Shown in pieces: positions 9,701 through 20,104 of a stretch of 64,000 bases of DNA. The DNA lies in the NCBI GenBank assembly GCA_963741945.1, contig CAVUKA010000003.1, forward strand, positions 448,001 to 512,000, in the 5' to 3' direction. A program made the translations under genes and the position numbers. Under the pieces are notes generated by a model. It had not been told where the DNA came from. It made no database searches and worked only from the letters and a program-made list of their open reading frames with translations. The stretch is from an uncultured Gemmatimonadales bacterium (GTDB taxonomy: Bacteria; Gemmatimonadota; Gemmatimonadetes; Longimicrobiales; RSA9). Each line of letters opens with the position of its first letter. Within the stretch, counting starts at the first letter, position 1.

Positions 9701-10108
9701 TCAGCCCTTGTGTGCGACTGGGAGGAGCTCCGCCAGCTCCTTCATGTGACTCGATGCGGCGAAGACAATGCTCTCGAACGACGCCCGCAGCTCCTGGAAG
9801 TCCAGCGTCTCGAGCTCCAGTGCGTCGCTCAGTGCGATGTCCCCCTCTTCGATCCCGTAGCTGCCGTGCACCAGGTCCGACGCGTTCAGCTCCAGCAGCT
9901 TCCGGTACAGCGGCGCCAGCTGCTGATCGCTCGGGTCCTGCGGCAGGTCCATCACCTTCAGCCGGAGCAGCACCACCGGCGGCGAGAACGTCACTACGAC
10001 GTTCGTCCCGCCCTCATCCCCCTGCAGCACCCACATGTTCTCCTCGACCTCTTCCGCCTCCGCGCCCATGCGGATGAAGTACGATTCGAGATCGTCGCGA
10101 TTGATCAT
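9701..10108 (-). CDS. CesT/YbjN-like (type III chaperone-fold) small acidic protein
   Basis: 135 aa, acidic, LYRKLLELNASDLVHGSYGI motif typical of CesT/YbjN-fold proteins; start ATG 10108; ends 5 bp before pspA. Confidence 0.75.
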   Translation of the reverse strand: MINRDDLESYFIRMGAEAEEVEENMWVLQGDEGGTNVVVTFSPPVVLLRLKVMDLPQDPSDQQLAPLYRKLLELNASDLVHGSYGIEEGDIALSDALELETLDFQELRASFESIVFAASSHMKELAELLPVAHKG

Positions 10109-10270
10109 TGGCCTCAGTCTCCATCTCGGGAAAACCTGCCGATCCGTACGGTACCCAAGGAGTTGTGGTTTCGGCAAGGCGGGAGGCGCACGGGGTGCCG
10201 CGTCGCGGGGGCGGGACTGCCCGCGCTGCGCCATGCCCGGTGCCTCGCCCGATTCCGAATGGGCGCATAT

Positions 10271-10286
10271 GTTGACCCCTGTCAAC
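10271..10286. promoter_or_regulatory. Perfect inverted repeat GTTGAC-N4-GTCAAC, candidate CRP/FNR-type operator
   Basis: gttgacccctgtcaac, 23 bp upstream of the bfr ATG in the divergent intergenic region. Confidence 0.5.
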
Positions 10287-10309
10287 TTCATCGTACCCGG
10301 GGGGAATCC

Positions 10310-10795
10310 ATGAGCGAAAAGAGCATCAAGCTGCTGAACCAGGGGCTGGCGGACGAGCTGTGGGCGGTTCACCAGTACATGTATTTCCACGTCCATTGTG
10401 ACGACCAGGGTTACGACCTGCTGGCCGGCCTGTTCAAGCGCACGGCGATCGCGGAAATGCACCACATCGAGGAGTTCGCCGAGCGCATTCTCTTCCTGGG
10501 CGGGGACGTGGAGATGAAGGCGTCGCACGAGGTGGAGGACATCCGGGACCTGCGCGGAATGCTGGAGAAGGCACTGGAAATGGAGCAGGGCGCGGTGAAG
10601 ACGTACAACGCGTCGGCGAACGAGAGCAGCGCCAACTCGGATGCCGGCTCACGGAAGATCTTCGAGGACCTGGTGACGGACGAGGAAGGGCACGCGGACG
10701 CGTTCGATACGGAGCTGGGGCACCTGGACCGGTACGGCGAGCAGTACCTGGCGCTGCAGTCGATCGAGCGGGCGAAGAGCCTCGCGGAGGGGTGA
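10310..10795 (+). CDS. bfr: Bacterioferritin
   Basis: 161 aa; ferroxidase residues DELWAVHQY, EMHH (with haem-ligand Met), LEME, DEEGH. Confidence 0.92.
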   Translation: MSEKSIKLLNQGLADELWAVHQYMYFHVHCDDQGYDLLAGLFKRTAIAEMHHIEEFAERILFLGGDVEMKASHEVEDIRDLRGMLEKALEMEQGAVKTYNASANESSANSDAGSRKIFEDLVTDEEGHADAFDTELGHLDRYGEQYLALQSIERAKSLAEG

Positions 10796-10840
10796 GCGCG
10801 GCCGCGCGACCGCGGCAGGCGGTCTGAGCGCGCGGCACCA

Positions 10841-10879
10841 TGATGGCCCCCGGCGGCGGCTGGCCTCCGGGGGCCATCA
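10841..10879. terminator. 13-bp stem hairpin between convergent bfr and uvrA
   Basis: tgatggcccccgg (10841-10853) / ccgggggccatca (10867-10879). Confidence 0.65.
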
Positions 10880-10893
10880 CCCTCCGTGGGCCA

Positions 10894-13788
10894 TCAGCCG
10901 ACAGGGGCGAGGCCCAGGACGTCCGCGAGGAAGCGACCGGTGTGCGAGACGGGATTCGCGGCCACGGACTCCGGGCTCCCCTCCGCCACGATCCGGCCAC
11001 CGGCCTCGCCGCCTTCCGGGCCGAGGTCGACGATCCAGTCGCCAGTCTTGATCACGTCCATGTTGTGCTCGATCACAATGACCGTGTTCCCCTTGTCCAC
11101 CAGGCGGTGGAGGACGGTCAGGAGCATGCGGACATCCTCGAAATGGAGCCCGGTGGTGGGCTCGTCGAGGATGTAGAGCGTCTGCCCGGTGTCGCGCTTG
11201 GCCAGCTCCGTCGCCAGCTTCACCCGCTGCGCCTCGCCGCCGCTCAGGGTGGTCGCGGACTGCCCCAGGTGGATGTAGCCGAGCCCGACGTCGCTCAGGG
11301 TCTGGAGCCGTCGCCTGATGGAGGGGATGGCATCGAAGAACTCGAGCGCCTCGTCCACGGTCATCTCCAGCACGTCCGCAATGCTGCGGCCCTTGTAGAG
11401 CACTTCCAGCGTCTCGCGGTTGTAGCGCTTTCCGCGGCACACCTCGCACGGGATGTACACATCGGGGAGGAAGTGCATCTCGATCTTCACGAGGCCATCG
11501 CCGCTGCACGCCTCGCAGCGCCCGCCCTTGACGTTGAAGCTGAAGCGCCCGGGCGCGTAGCCGCGGATCTTCGACTCGGGCAGCTCGGCGAAGAGGTTGC
11601 GGATGGGAGTGAAGAGCCCTGTGTACGTGGCCGGATTGGAGCGGGGCGTGCGCCCGATGGGCGACTGGTCGATGTCGATGACCTTGTCCACGCGCTCCAC
11701 GCCATCCAGCCCGTCGTGCGCGCCGGGGATGGTGCGCCGGCGGTAGAAGTGCCGGGCCAGCGCCTCGTAGAGGATCTCGTTCACGAGGGTGCTCTTCCCC
11801 GACCCGCTCACGCCCGTGACGCAGGTGAACGTGCCGAGGGGGAAGTGCACGTCGATGTCCTTGAGGTTGTTGGCGCGCGCGCCCCGGACGACGAGTGTGG
11901 CCTCGGGGTCCGGCGTCCGCCGCTCGGGCGGCGTCGGGATCTCGCGATCCCCGCGCAGGTAGGCGCCGGTGAGCGAGCGCTCGGCGGCCAGGATGTCGTC
12001 CAGCCGCCCTTCCGCCACCACCTCGCCTCCGTGGCGACCGGCCCCGGGTCCCAGGTCGATGACGTGGTCGGCGGCGCGGATGGTCTCCTCATCGTGTTCG
12101 ACCACGATGACGGTGTTCCCCAGGTCCCGCAGCTGCCGTAGCGTGTGCAGCAGCCGCTCGTTGTCGCGCTGGTGGAGCCCGATGCTGGGCTCGTCGAGGA
12201 TGTAGAGGACGCCGACGAGGCGGCTCCCGATCTGCGTCGCCAGCCGGATCCGCTGCGCTTCCCCGCCCGAAAGCGTCTCGGCGCTGCGACCGAGGGTGAT
12301 GTAGTCGAGCCCGACATTGGTGAGGAAGCGGAGCCGCTCGCTCACCTCCTTGAGGATCGGCCGCGCGATCTTGGCCGGCAGCGCGTCGGGGTCGTCGGGC
12401 GTCGTATCGCTGACGGCGAGGGACGTGAAGAACTCGAGTGCGCGGCTGACGCTCAGGTCCGTGGCGAAGCCGATGGACTCGCCGGCGACGGTCACCGCCA
12501 GGCTCTCGGGGCGCAGCCGGTGCCCACCGCAGGCGCGGCACGGCTGTGTCAGCATGTAGTCCCGGAGCTGATCCCGGACGTTCTCGGAGCCCGTCTCCTC
12601 GTAGCGCCGCATCACGTTGGCGAGGACGCCTTCCCACGGCTCCTTGTAGCTCCCCTTGCGGCCGCCCGTGCTGTAGGGAAACGAGACCTCCGTGTCGCCC
12701 GAGCCGAAGAGGACGGCGTGGCGAACGTCCTCGTCCAGGTCACCCCAGTTCGTGTTGGCGTCGAAGCCGTAGTGCTCCTCCAGCCCGGGAATCACCGAGC
12801 GGCGCAGATGGCCGGTGGGCGCGCCCCAGGGCAGGATCACGCCCTCGAGGATGGAGATCGACGGGTCTCCCACCACCAGCTCCTCGCTCACTTCGAGGCG
12901 AGTGCCCAGCCCGCCGCACGCCTCGCACGCGCCGTAGGGCGAGTTGAAGCTGAACTGGCGTGGCTCGATCTCCGGGATGGACGTGCCGCAATGGACGCAG
13001 GCGAAGCGCTCGGAGAAGAGGTAGGTGCCCGGCTCGGCTTCGCCCGGGCCGTCGCCGCCGTTCCGGGGCGCGTGCAGGACGACTTCCACGATGCCTTCTG
13101 CGGTCTTCAGAGCCGTTTCGATGGAGTCGGCCAGCCGCGCACGGTCATCGGGGCGGACCACGAGGCGGTCCACCACGACGGCGATCTCGTGGTTCTCGTA
13201 GCGGTTCAGCGTCGGCGGCTGCTCGAGGTCGTGGGTCTCGCCATTCACGCGCACGCGGACGAAGCCCTTCTTCCGCGCTTCGTCGAACAGCTCCCGGAAC
13301 TCGCCCTTCCGACCCCGCACGAGCGGCGCGAGCACTTCGATCCGTGCGCCCTCGGGCCAGAGGAGGATCCGGTCGGCGATCTGCCCGGCCGTCTGCGGCC
13401 GCACGGGGCGTCCGCAGGTGTGGCAGTGGGGCGTGCCCACGCGCGCCCAGAGGAGCCGCAGGTAGTCGTAGATCTCCGTGACCGTGCCGACGGTCGAGCG
13501 GGGATTCCTGCCGGTGGTCTTCTGCTCGATGGAGATGGCCGGGCTCAGCCCCTCGATCACGTCCACGTCCGGCTTCTCCATCACCCCCAGGAACTGCCGG
13601 GCGTACGCGGACAAGGACTCCACGTAGCGCCGCTGCCCTTCGGCGTAGATGGTGTCGAACGCCAGCGAGCTCTTCCCCGAGCCGCTGATGCCCGTGATGA
13701 CCACCAGGTGATCCCTGGGGATCGATACGTCGATGTTCCGGAGGTTGTGCTCGCGCGCGCCGCGAACGATCAGCTTTTCGTCTGCCAT
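10894..13788 (-). CDS. uvrA: Excinuclease ABC subunit A
   Basis: Two ABC domains ([26 protein letters not shown] x2), zinc-finger CxxC pairs. Confidence 0.98.
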   Translation of the reverse strand: MADEKLIVRGAREHNLRNIDVSIPRDHLVVITGISGSGKSSLAFDTIYAEGQRRYVESLSAYARQFLGVMEKPDVDVIEGLSPAISIEQKTTGRNPRSTVGTVTEIYDYLRLLWARVGTPHCHTCGRPVRPQTAGQIADRILLWPEGARIEVLAPLVRGRKGEFRELFDEARKKGFVRVRVNGETHDLEQPPTLNRYENHEIAVVVDRLVVRPDDRARLADSIETALKTAEGIVEVVLHAPRNGGDGPGEAEPGTYLFSERFACVHCGTSIPEIEPRQFSFNSPYGACEACGGLGTRLEVSEELVVGDPSISILEGVILPWGAPTGHLRRSVIPGLEEHYGFDANTNWGDLDEDVRHAVLFGSGDTEVSFPYSTGGRKGSYKEPWEGVLANVMRRYEETGSENVRDQLRDYMLTQPCRACGGHRLRPESLAVTVAGESIGFATDLSVSRALEFFTSLAVSDTTPDDPDALPAKIARPILKEVSERLRFLTNVGLDYITLGRSAETLSGGEAQRIRLATQIGSRLVGVLYILDEPSIGLHQRDNERLLHTLRQLRDLGNTVIVVEHDEETIRAADHVIDLGPGAGRHGGEVVAEGRLDDILAAERSLTGAYLRGDREIPTPPERRTPDPEATLVVRGARANNLKDIDVHFPLGTFTCVTGVSGSGKSTLVNEILYEALARHFYRRRTIPGAHDGLDGVERVDKVIDIDQSPIGRTPRSNPATYTGLFTPIRNLFAELPESKIRGYAPGRFSFNVKGGRCEACSGDGLVKIEMHFLPDVYIPCEVCRGKRYNRETLEVLYKGRSIADVLEMTVDEALEFFDAIPSIRRRLQTLSDVGLGYIHLGQSATTLSGGEAQRVKLATELAKRDTGQTLYILDEPTTGLHFEDVRMLLTVLHRLVDKGNTVIVIEHNMDVIKTGDWIVDLGPEGGEAGGRIVAEGSPESVAANPVSHTGRFLADVLGLAPVG

Positions 13789-13888
13789 ATCACCGGGGCC
13801 AGGAGTGGTGAGCCGAAGGGCAGTGATACACCGGCAGGTGGGTCGTGGTCCAGAGGTGGCCTCAGCCCCGCGCGGGGCTTGTCGGCAC

Positions 13889-13942
13889 GGCCTTGCGGCC
13901 TCGCAGGTCTGCGTCCGGCAGTGCCTGCGAGGCCGTCAGGCC
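13889..13942 (-). terminator. Hairpin just downstream of the S9 peptidase gene
   Basis: cggcctcgcagg (13896-13907) / cctgcgaggccg (13924-13935) with an outer ggcct/aggcc extension. Confidence 0.55.
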
Positions 13943-13949
13943 GAGCGTT

Positions 13950-16370
13950 CTACCGGGCGGCCGCCGGTCGCGCCTCGGCGCCCTTCACGTACCGATCGAA
14001 CCACGCGACCATCTCGTTGAGCGTGGTCATGATGGACTCGCGGGCGCGGTAGCCGTGGCTCTCCGCGGGCAGCATGACCAGGCGGGCCGTGCCGCCGAGG
14101 CCTTTCATGGCGTGGTACATCCGCTCGCTCTGGATCGGGAAGGTGCCGCTGTTGTTGTCCGCGATCCCGTGGATCATGAGGAGCGGCTCGTCGATGTCCT
14201 GGGCGTGCATGAACGGCGACATCTCGTAGTAGATGTCGGGCGCCTCCCAGTACGTTCGCCGCTCGTTCTGGAAGCCGAACGGCGTGAGCGTCCGGTTGTA
14301 GGCGCCACTGCGCGCGATCCCGGCCCGGAACAGATCGGAGTGCGCCAGGAGGTTCGCCGTCATGAACGCGCCGTAGCTGTGGCCACCCACGCCCATCCGG
14401 TCGCGGTCACCGACGCCCATCTCCACCAGCTTGTCCACCGCCGCCTGCGCACTGGCCACGAGCTGCTGGACGTACGTGTTGTTGGCCGTGTCGCCGCCGA
14501 TGATCGGCATGCTCGGCCCGTCGAACACGGCGTAGCCCTGCGTGAGGAAGAAGAGATGGCTCGGGCCGGTGAACGTGGTGAAGCGGTTCTCCGACGAGCG
14601 CACCTGGCCGGCGGCGGCCGCGGAGACGAATTCCCTGGGGTAGGCCCACATGACCACCGGCAGCCGCTGCCCGGCCGTATAGCCGGCGGGCAGGTAGAGC
14701 GTCCCGCTCAGCGGCACGCCATCCGCCCGCTCGTAGACCACGAGCTGCTTCGTAATCCCGTGCAGCTCGGGCGCCGGGTCCTCGAACGACGTCACGGCGC
14801 GATCGCCGTTCGCGGCCAGGTCCAGCACGTGGTAATTGGGCGGCTCGGTCTTCGACTCGCGACGGGTCAGCACCCGCGCGGCACCGGGCTCGAGGACGTC
14901 CACCACCTGCTCGTACTCGTCCGCCCCGGACTGCCAGAGACGCTCGGTCTGGAACGTCGCCAGATCGAGGCGGTCGAGGAACGGCCGGTCGCCCTCGGGT
15001 GAAGCGCCGGCGCCGGTCAGATAGATGGCGTCACCGTCCTGGAGCAGGACCTGCCCGCCCACGGGCGTGCTCACCAGCTCGGGCCGCCCGGGGTCGCCGT
15101 AGGCATCCTCGCGGCTGCGGTCCCAGAGCAGGCGCCGCTCCGCGCGCGGGCGATCGGGATCGAAGACCCACGTCCGCACCCATTCCCGCCTTCGGTCATA
15201 GTCGCTCAGCAGGGCGACGCCGTTCTGGCCCCAGTCGATGCCGGCATAGCGCTCGCCGGTGCGGGCGAGCTCACCGGGCTCACCCGTGAACGGCGCGTCC
15301 AGCTGGAGAACGCGGTCGCGATTCTCCACTTTGCGCTCCGGGTCGCCGCCGTCGAGTGCTTCCGACCACACCAGGGATGCGGGGCGCAGGGGCCGCCACT
15401 CCAGGTTACGCGGTCCGGTGCGAACGCCGCGGATCGGAACGTCGTCGGCGATGGGGAGGTCGGCGAGCAGACGGAGGAGGTCGCCCTGCCGGTTCCAGAT
15501 CTCGTACGCCACTGGGAAGTCGTAAACGGGGACGAGGTACGAGTACGGCCGGTGGACCCGGCGGACCAGCAGGTAGTCCCCGCTGGGCGATGGCGAAACC
15601 CCCTGGAAGACGGCGGGGCTCCCCACCGGCGTGGTCCGGCCGGTGGTCACATCAACCAGCGCCACGCGCGAAGTCATGTAGTAGTCGAACAGCGCTTCGT
15701 CGTGCGGGTTCTCCAGCAGGTCCTCATACGTCCGAACCGGGGCCACGCGCCCGCGGGTCTCCTGAACCACGGGTCCCGCGGGGACGTCCGGCGCCGGCGG
15801 CGGTGCGCCCCGGTCCGCAGGCACCATGAGGCAGACCAGCGAAGCGCCATCCGGCATCCAGTCACAGCCGCCGGCCACGGCGTTCACGTTGCGGGCCACG
15901 AGGCGCCCCTCACCGGTGGCGACGTCCACCACCCACTGGTCCACACCGTCGTCGCGCGTGAGCGGGAACGTGAAGCGAGCCCCGTCCGGCGACCACGACG
16001 CGAGCCCGGGCGAGCCCTGGCCGATCTTCACCGGCCGGCGAGCCCCGTCGGCCAGCCTGACCAGGTCGAAGCCGGTGAGGGTGATGTAGGGGGCGGCGCT
16101 GCCGTTCGTCGCCGGGTTGATCCGCAGCCCCGCGATCCGGAGCATCGGCTGGGCGACTTCGGCGATCGGCGGCATGCTCGCCCGGTTCTGGAGCAGCAGC
16201 CACTCACCTCGTGGACCCGTGGTCCCCACAGGGAACGCGGCCGCGTCGAGGATCTGCGGGATCGGCGCGGGCGGCGTACTGTAGCCGCCCTGCGCGGTGA
16301 GGGGGGCGAACATAAACGCGACCAGCGCGGCCGCAGCGACGGCCGAGCGGAAGGGAGACAACCGAGGCAT
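13950..16370 (-). CDS. Secreted S9 (prolyl oligopeptidase/glutamyl peptidase-like) serine peptidase
   Basis: Signal peptide MPRLSPFRSAVAAAAL...AQ; GHSYG nucleophile, HGIADNNSGT, ESHGY. Confidence 0.9.
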   Translation of the reverse strand: MPRLSPFRSAVAAAALVAFMFAPLTAQGGYSTPPAPIPQILDAAAFPVGTTGPRGEWLLLQNRASMPPIAEVAQPMLRIAGLRINPATNGSAAPYITLTGFDLVRLADGARRPVKIGQGSPGLASWSPDGARFTFPLTRDDGVDQWVVDVATGEGRLVARNVNAVAGGCDWMPDGASLVCLMVPADRGAPPPAPDVPAGPVVQETRGRVAPVRTYEDLLENPHDEALFDYYMTSRVALVDVTTGRTTPVGSPAVFQGVSPSPSGDYLLVRRVHRPYSYLVPVYDFPVAYEIWNRQGDLLRLLADLPIADDVPIRGVRTGPRNLEWRPLRPASLVWSEALDGGDPERKVENRDRVLQLDAPFTGEPGELARTGERYAGIDWGQNGVALLSDYDRRREWVRTWVFDPDRPRAERRLLWDRSREDAYGDPGRPELVSTPVGGQVLLQDGDAIYLTGAGASPEGDRPFLDRLDLATFQTERLWQSGADEYEQVVDVLEPGAARVLTRRESKTEPPNYHVLDLAANGDRAVTSFEDPAPELHGITKQLVVYERADGVPLSGTLYLPAGYTAGQRLPVVMWAYPREFVSAAAAGQVRSSENRFTTFTGPSHLFFLTQGYAVFDGPSMPIIGGDTANNTYVQQLVASAQAAVDKLVEMGVGDRDRMGVGGHSYGAFMTANLLAHSDLFRAGIARSGAYNRTLTPFGFQNERRTYWEAPDIYYEMSPFMHAQDIDEPLLMIHGIADNNSGTFPIQSERMYHAMKGLGGTARLVMLPAESHGYRARESIMTTLNEMVAWFDRYVKGAEARPAAAR

Positions 16371-16618
16371 CGTTGGCACTCCGTTCTTGGCTGGCGTGCA
16401 ATCCGGGCAGCTGGAGCCGGATGCCGCCTGGCACGTGGGCTCGTCCGCGGCCCGCACGACGGCGCGCCACGGCCGGGGTCTCAGCGCGACGCAACATCGC
16501 GCGATCGCTTCGGCTTCGTCTCGGAGAAACACCCCTCAGCGGGAGCCGGTAAGATGAGACGTTCGCCCCCCGGAGGCCACCCCCGCGCGAAGCCGCGCCG
16601 GGAGGTGAGCGCCCCGGT

Positions 16619-17182
16619 CTACCTCACCCGCTCGATGTACGTCCCCTCTTCCGGGTCCACCCGCACGATCTCGCCCTTGTCGACGAACGCAGGGACCTGG
16701 ATGACGACGCCGTTCTCCAGCTTGGCGGGCTTGGTGACGGAGGTGCGCGTGTCGCCGCGGACGCCGGGCTCGGTCTCGACCACCTGGAGCTCCAGCGTGC
16801 GGGGGAGCTGCACGCCGAGGGGAGAGCCTTCGAGGAACTCCACCTGCACGTCCATGTTCGGCACGAGCCACTGCGCGGAGTCGCCCAGGGTGTCATCGCC
16901 GATGGGGAACTGCTCGAAGGTCTCGTTGTTCATGAAGTAGTGGTGATGGCCATCATGGTACAGGAACTGGAGCTCCTGCGTCATCATCTCGGCCTTCTCC
17001 ACCGTGTCGGCGGACCGGAACCGATGCTCGAAGATCGTCCCCGTGAGGATGTTCTTCAGCTTGGTCTGCATGTATGCCGGGCCCTTGCCTGGCTTGATGT
17101 GCTGGAACTCCACGACGCGGCACGGCTCACCATCGTGCATGATCACGGTGCCGCGGCGGAGCTGTGAGGCCGACATCGCCAT
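16619..17182 (-). CDS. efp: Translation elongation factor P
   Basis: QHIKPGKGPA loop, PGVRGDT, KPAKLENG, VQVPAFV; 187 aa. Confidence 0.97.
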   Translation of the reverse strand: MAMSASQLRRGTVIMHDGEPCRVVEFQHIKPGKGPAYMQTKLKNILTGTIFEHRFRSADTVEKAEMMTQELQFLYHDGHHHYFMNNETFEQFPIGDDTLGDSAQWLVPNMDVQVEFLEGSPLGVQLPRTLELQVVETEPGVRGDTRTSVTKPAKLENGVVIQVPAFVDKGEIVRVDPEEGTYIERVR

Positions 17183-17319
17183 GGATGCGCGTGCTCCAGT
17201 TCCCGGTCCAGAATACGACGGCCCCGCGTGCGCGAGGCCTGGAAGCCTTGGAATGTCGCGGGGCTGCGGCCCCCGGGCAAGCCCCGGGTCCGCGCGGCCC
17301 GGTCGGCGGCCGGCGACCG

Positions 17320-18186
17320 CTACTCCTCGCGGGTGTGGCGGTCCAGCCAGGCAACGATGAGCGGCCAGACCTCGCGGTGCGCGGCGCGGCTGACCACGAT
17401 CCCGGGGTGGGTGAAGTCCTCCGTGAAGCCGGTGTCCCGTCCGGCGAGGACGTATTCCGCTTCGGGACTCCCCACCATGTCCACCAGAGCGCGGCACGCG
17501 TCGGACGGGGCGAACGTGTTGTCGCCGGCGCCGCTGATGGCGAGGAGCGGCGTCTGGATGTCGGCCAGTCGCCGCACGTAGTCGATGCCGTCGTCCCCCC
17601 GCCATTCCCGCCGCAGGTTCCAGTTGATCCACTGGATCATGACGCCGGGGAGCTCGTCTTCCGGGCCGAGCCCGAGTCTGCGGGCGGGGAAGCGGCCGAG
17701 GACGCGGGACGTGGCCCGGATGGCCAGGGCGGCCACGCGTCGCCAGCGTTGGAGCCAGGGCACAGGGGTTCCGAGGACCACCACGCTGGCCACCCGCTCG
17801 CGGAGCGCCGGCTCGCCCGCCAGGGCAATGAGCATGGACGCGCCGCCGGCGGAGTGTCCAACGAGGGACACGGGGCGACTGTCGCCGGAGCTTGCGGCCA
17901 CGGCAGCGGGGACATCCAGGCGTCCCCAGTCCTCGAAGCGCCAGTCGCGGCCGCGGGGCCGCTCGCTCCCGCCGTGCCCGCGGGGATCGAGGACCACGGC
18001 CTCGTAGCCGGAATCGGCCAGGTGCCACGCCATCCCCCGCCCCCGGGTCCCGAGCCAGAACGTATGGTTCGAGAACGTGCCGGGCATGAGCAGCACGGGC
18101 GGGGCGTCCGGGTCACCGACGCGGTACAGGGCGAGTCGGGTGCCGTCGGCCGCAACGGCCTCTTCCCGGCGGACGCGCATCGTCAT
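17320..18186 (-). CDS. Alpha/beta hydrolase
   Basis: DPRGHG, GHSAGG nucleophile elbow, GAGD, FTH. Confidence 0.85.
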   Translation of the reverse strand: MTMRVRREEAVAADGTRLALYRVGDPDAPPVLLMPGTFSNHTFWLGTRGRGMAWHLADSGYEAVVLDPRGHGGSERPRGRDWRFEDWGRLDVPAAVAASSGDSRPVSLVGHSAGGASMLIALAGEPALRERVASVVVLGTPVPWLQRWRRVAALAIRATSRVLGRFPARRLGLGPEDELPGVMIQWINWNLRREWRGDDGIDYVRRLADIQTPLLAISGAGDNTFAPSDACRALVDMVGSPEAEYVLAGRDTGFTEDFTHPGIVVSRAAHREVWPLIVAWLDRHTREE

Positions 18187-18211
18187 GGGGTCCACGCTTC
18201 CGGGCCCCCGC

Positions 18212-19156
18212 TCACGAGAGCCCGGGCGCGACAATGCGTACCCCGCGCTCCACGGCGTGGGCCACCATGGGCGTCACGCCGGCCGGGTCACCGTCGATCT
18301 GAACCGGGATGCACGGGTCGCTTTCGATCCTCACGTCCCTGGCCTGGAAGTGGATGAGCCGGTCGTCCGCAGCGCGGAACCGGCGGCCCATGGCCTTCCA
18401 CAGGAGGGGTGGAACATCAATGACGTTGCGCGGCGCCAGGATCACCACATCGAACAACCCATCCTGCCAGGACCGCCGGGGCTGCGGGGCCAGGGCGAGT
18501 CCGAAGGGGATGAACTGGGCGAACAGCTCGCCCACATTGGCCAGCATCACACTCACCGCCCGCACTTCCACGACTTCTCCATCGGCGGTGATGCGGAAAT
18601 CCACGGGCTGCGCGGCGAGCGCCTCCTTCACCGCGGCGAACACGTAGGCGCCGAAGCCCCAGCGTTCTTTCAGTCCGCGGGTGGCGGAGCCCATGACGGC
18701 GGCATCGAAGCCGGCGCCGGCCACGAGGGCGAACACGCGGTCCCCCACGCGCCCCAGGTCCACGGCCGCGGCTTCACCGGTGACCGCCACTGCCACCGCT
18801 TCCTCGATCCCCTCCGGAATGCGGAGGTTGCGGGCGACCTGGTTGCCGGTACCCCGGGGGATGATGGCGAGCGGGGTCTCCGTGCCCGCGAGGCCGGTGA
18901 CGGCCTCGGCGATGGTGCCATCACCACCGACCACGCACACGCACCGGTACCCGAGCGCCGCGGCCTGGCGTGCCAGCGCGGTGGCATGACCCGCGTGGGC
19001 GGTCTCGGCCAGATCGAACGGTGCGCGGCGCGCAGCGAACGCGCCCCCGATGAGCCGGCGCAGACGCGCCGGATCCTCCTGCCCCGCAGCGGGGTTCAGG
19101 ACGATGAATGTGCGGCCGGCGTAGGGGCCGGCCGCAGGTTCGGGATCGTTGGGCAC
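18212..19156 (-). CDS. Diacylglycerol/lipid kinase family (YegS/DagK-like)
   Basis: NPAAG, GGDGT, IPRGTGN, GAGFDA, QIDGD; start set at GTG 19156. Confidence 0.9.
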   Translation of the reverse strand: MPNDPEPAAGPYAGRTFIVLNPAAGQEDPARLRRLIGGAFAARRAPFDLAETAHAGHATALARQAAALGYRCVCVVGGDGTIAEAVTGLAGTETPLAIIPRGTGNQVARNLRIPEGIEEAVAVAVTGEAAAVDLGRVGDRVFALVAGAGFDAAVMGSATRGLKERWGFGAYVFAAVKEALAAQPVDFRITADGEVVEVRAVSVMLANVGELFAQFIPFGLALAPQPRRSWQDGLFDVVILAPRNVIDVPPLLWKAMGRRFRAADDRLIHFQARDVRIESDPCIPVQIDGDPAGVTPMVAHAVERGVRIVAPGLS

Positions 19157-19169
19157 GGGCGTGCGCAGC

Positions 19170-20030
19170 TCAGGCTTCAAGGCCCTGCCGCGCCATTTCT
19201 TCCAGCCGCGCCACACGGTCCTCGGTGGAGGGGTGGGTGCTGAACAGGGAGGCGAACGCCCGCCGCTGCCCGGCGAGCGGGTTGACGATGGCCAGCGAGG
19301 CGGCGGCCGGGTTCACGTCCATGGGGATGCGACGGCTGTACGCGTCCAGCTTCTGCAGCGCGTGCGCCAGTCCCATGGGGTTGCCGCTGATCTCGGCGCC
19401 CGTGCGGTCCGCAACGAACTCGTTCTGGCGACTGATGGCGAACTGGATCATCATGGCCGCGATCGGCGCCACGATGGCCATGGCGAGGGCGCCCAGCCCG
19501 CCGCCCTCGCGGTCGCGCCCGCCATAGCCGCCGAACATGGCGCCCCAGACCGCGATCCGCCCGATCATGGCCACAGCGCCGGCCATGGTGGCGGCGATGG
19601 TGCCAATGAGCATGTGGTGGTGTTTCACATGGGCCAGCTCGTGGGCCAGCACGCCCTCGATCTCGTCCTTGTTCACCAGCTTCAGGATCCCGGCCGTGCA
19701 GCAGACCACCGCATGCTCGGCGTTTCGCCCGGTGGCGAACGCATTCGGCTGCGGCTGCGGCGAGATGGCGATGGTGGGCATGGGCAGCCCGGCCCGCTTG
19801 CGCAGCCGGTCCACGGTGTCGTACAGCTCCGGGGCCTGGGAGCGGTCCACGACCTGCGCCCGGTACATGCGCAGCACCGCCTTGTCGCTCCACCAGTACA
19901 TCCCGAAGTTCATGATGGCGGCGAGCGCGAAGAAGATGACGGCGCCGCTCTGACCACCGATGTAGCCTCCGAGCACGACCAGCAGGGCGGTGAGCCCCGC
20001 CATGAGGAGGAAGATCTTGGTTCTCTGCAT
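19170..20030 (-). CDS. htpX: Zinc metalloprotease HtpX (M48)
   Basis: PNAFATG, AHELAH, ISRQNEFVAD, STHP. Confidence 0.95.
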   Translation of the reverse strand: MQRTKIFLLMAGLTALLVVLGGYIGGQSGAVIFFALAAIMNFGMYWWSDKAVLRMYRAQVVDRSQAPELYDTVDRLRKRAGLPMPTIAISPQPQPNAFATGRNAEHAVVCCTAGILKLVNKDEIEGVLAHELAHVKHHHMLIGTIAATMAGAVAMIGRIAVWGAMFGGYGGRDREGGGLGALAMAIVAPIAAMMIQFAISRQNEFVADRTGAEISGNPMGLAHALQKLDAYSRRIPMDVNPAAASLAIVNPLAGQRRAFASLFSTHPSTEDRVARLEEMARQGLEA

Positions 20031-20104
20031 TGTCGCTCGCTACCGATTCAGGGTGGTTCTACCGCTGCCAGGAGATACCCCTCGGAGACTCCCTCGATCC
20101 ACGC

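Noticed and set aside
9701-10108. Type III secretion locus
   Set aside because: Only a chaperone-fold protein; no injectisome or flagellar export genes
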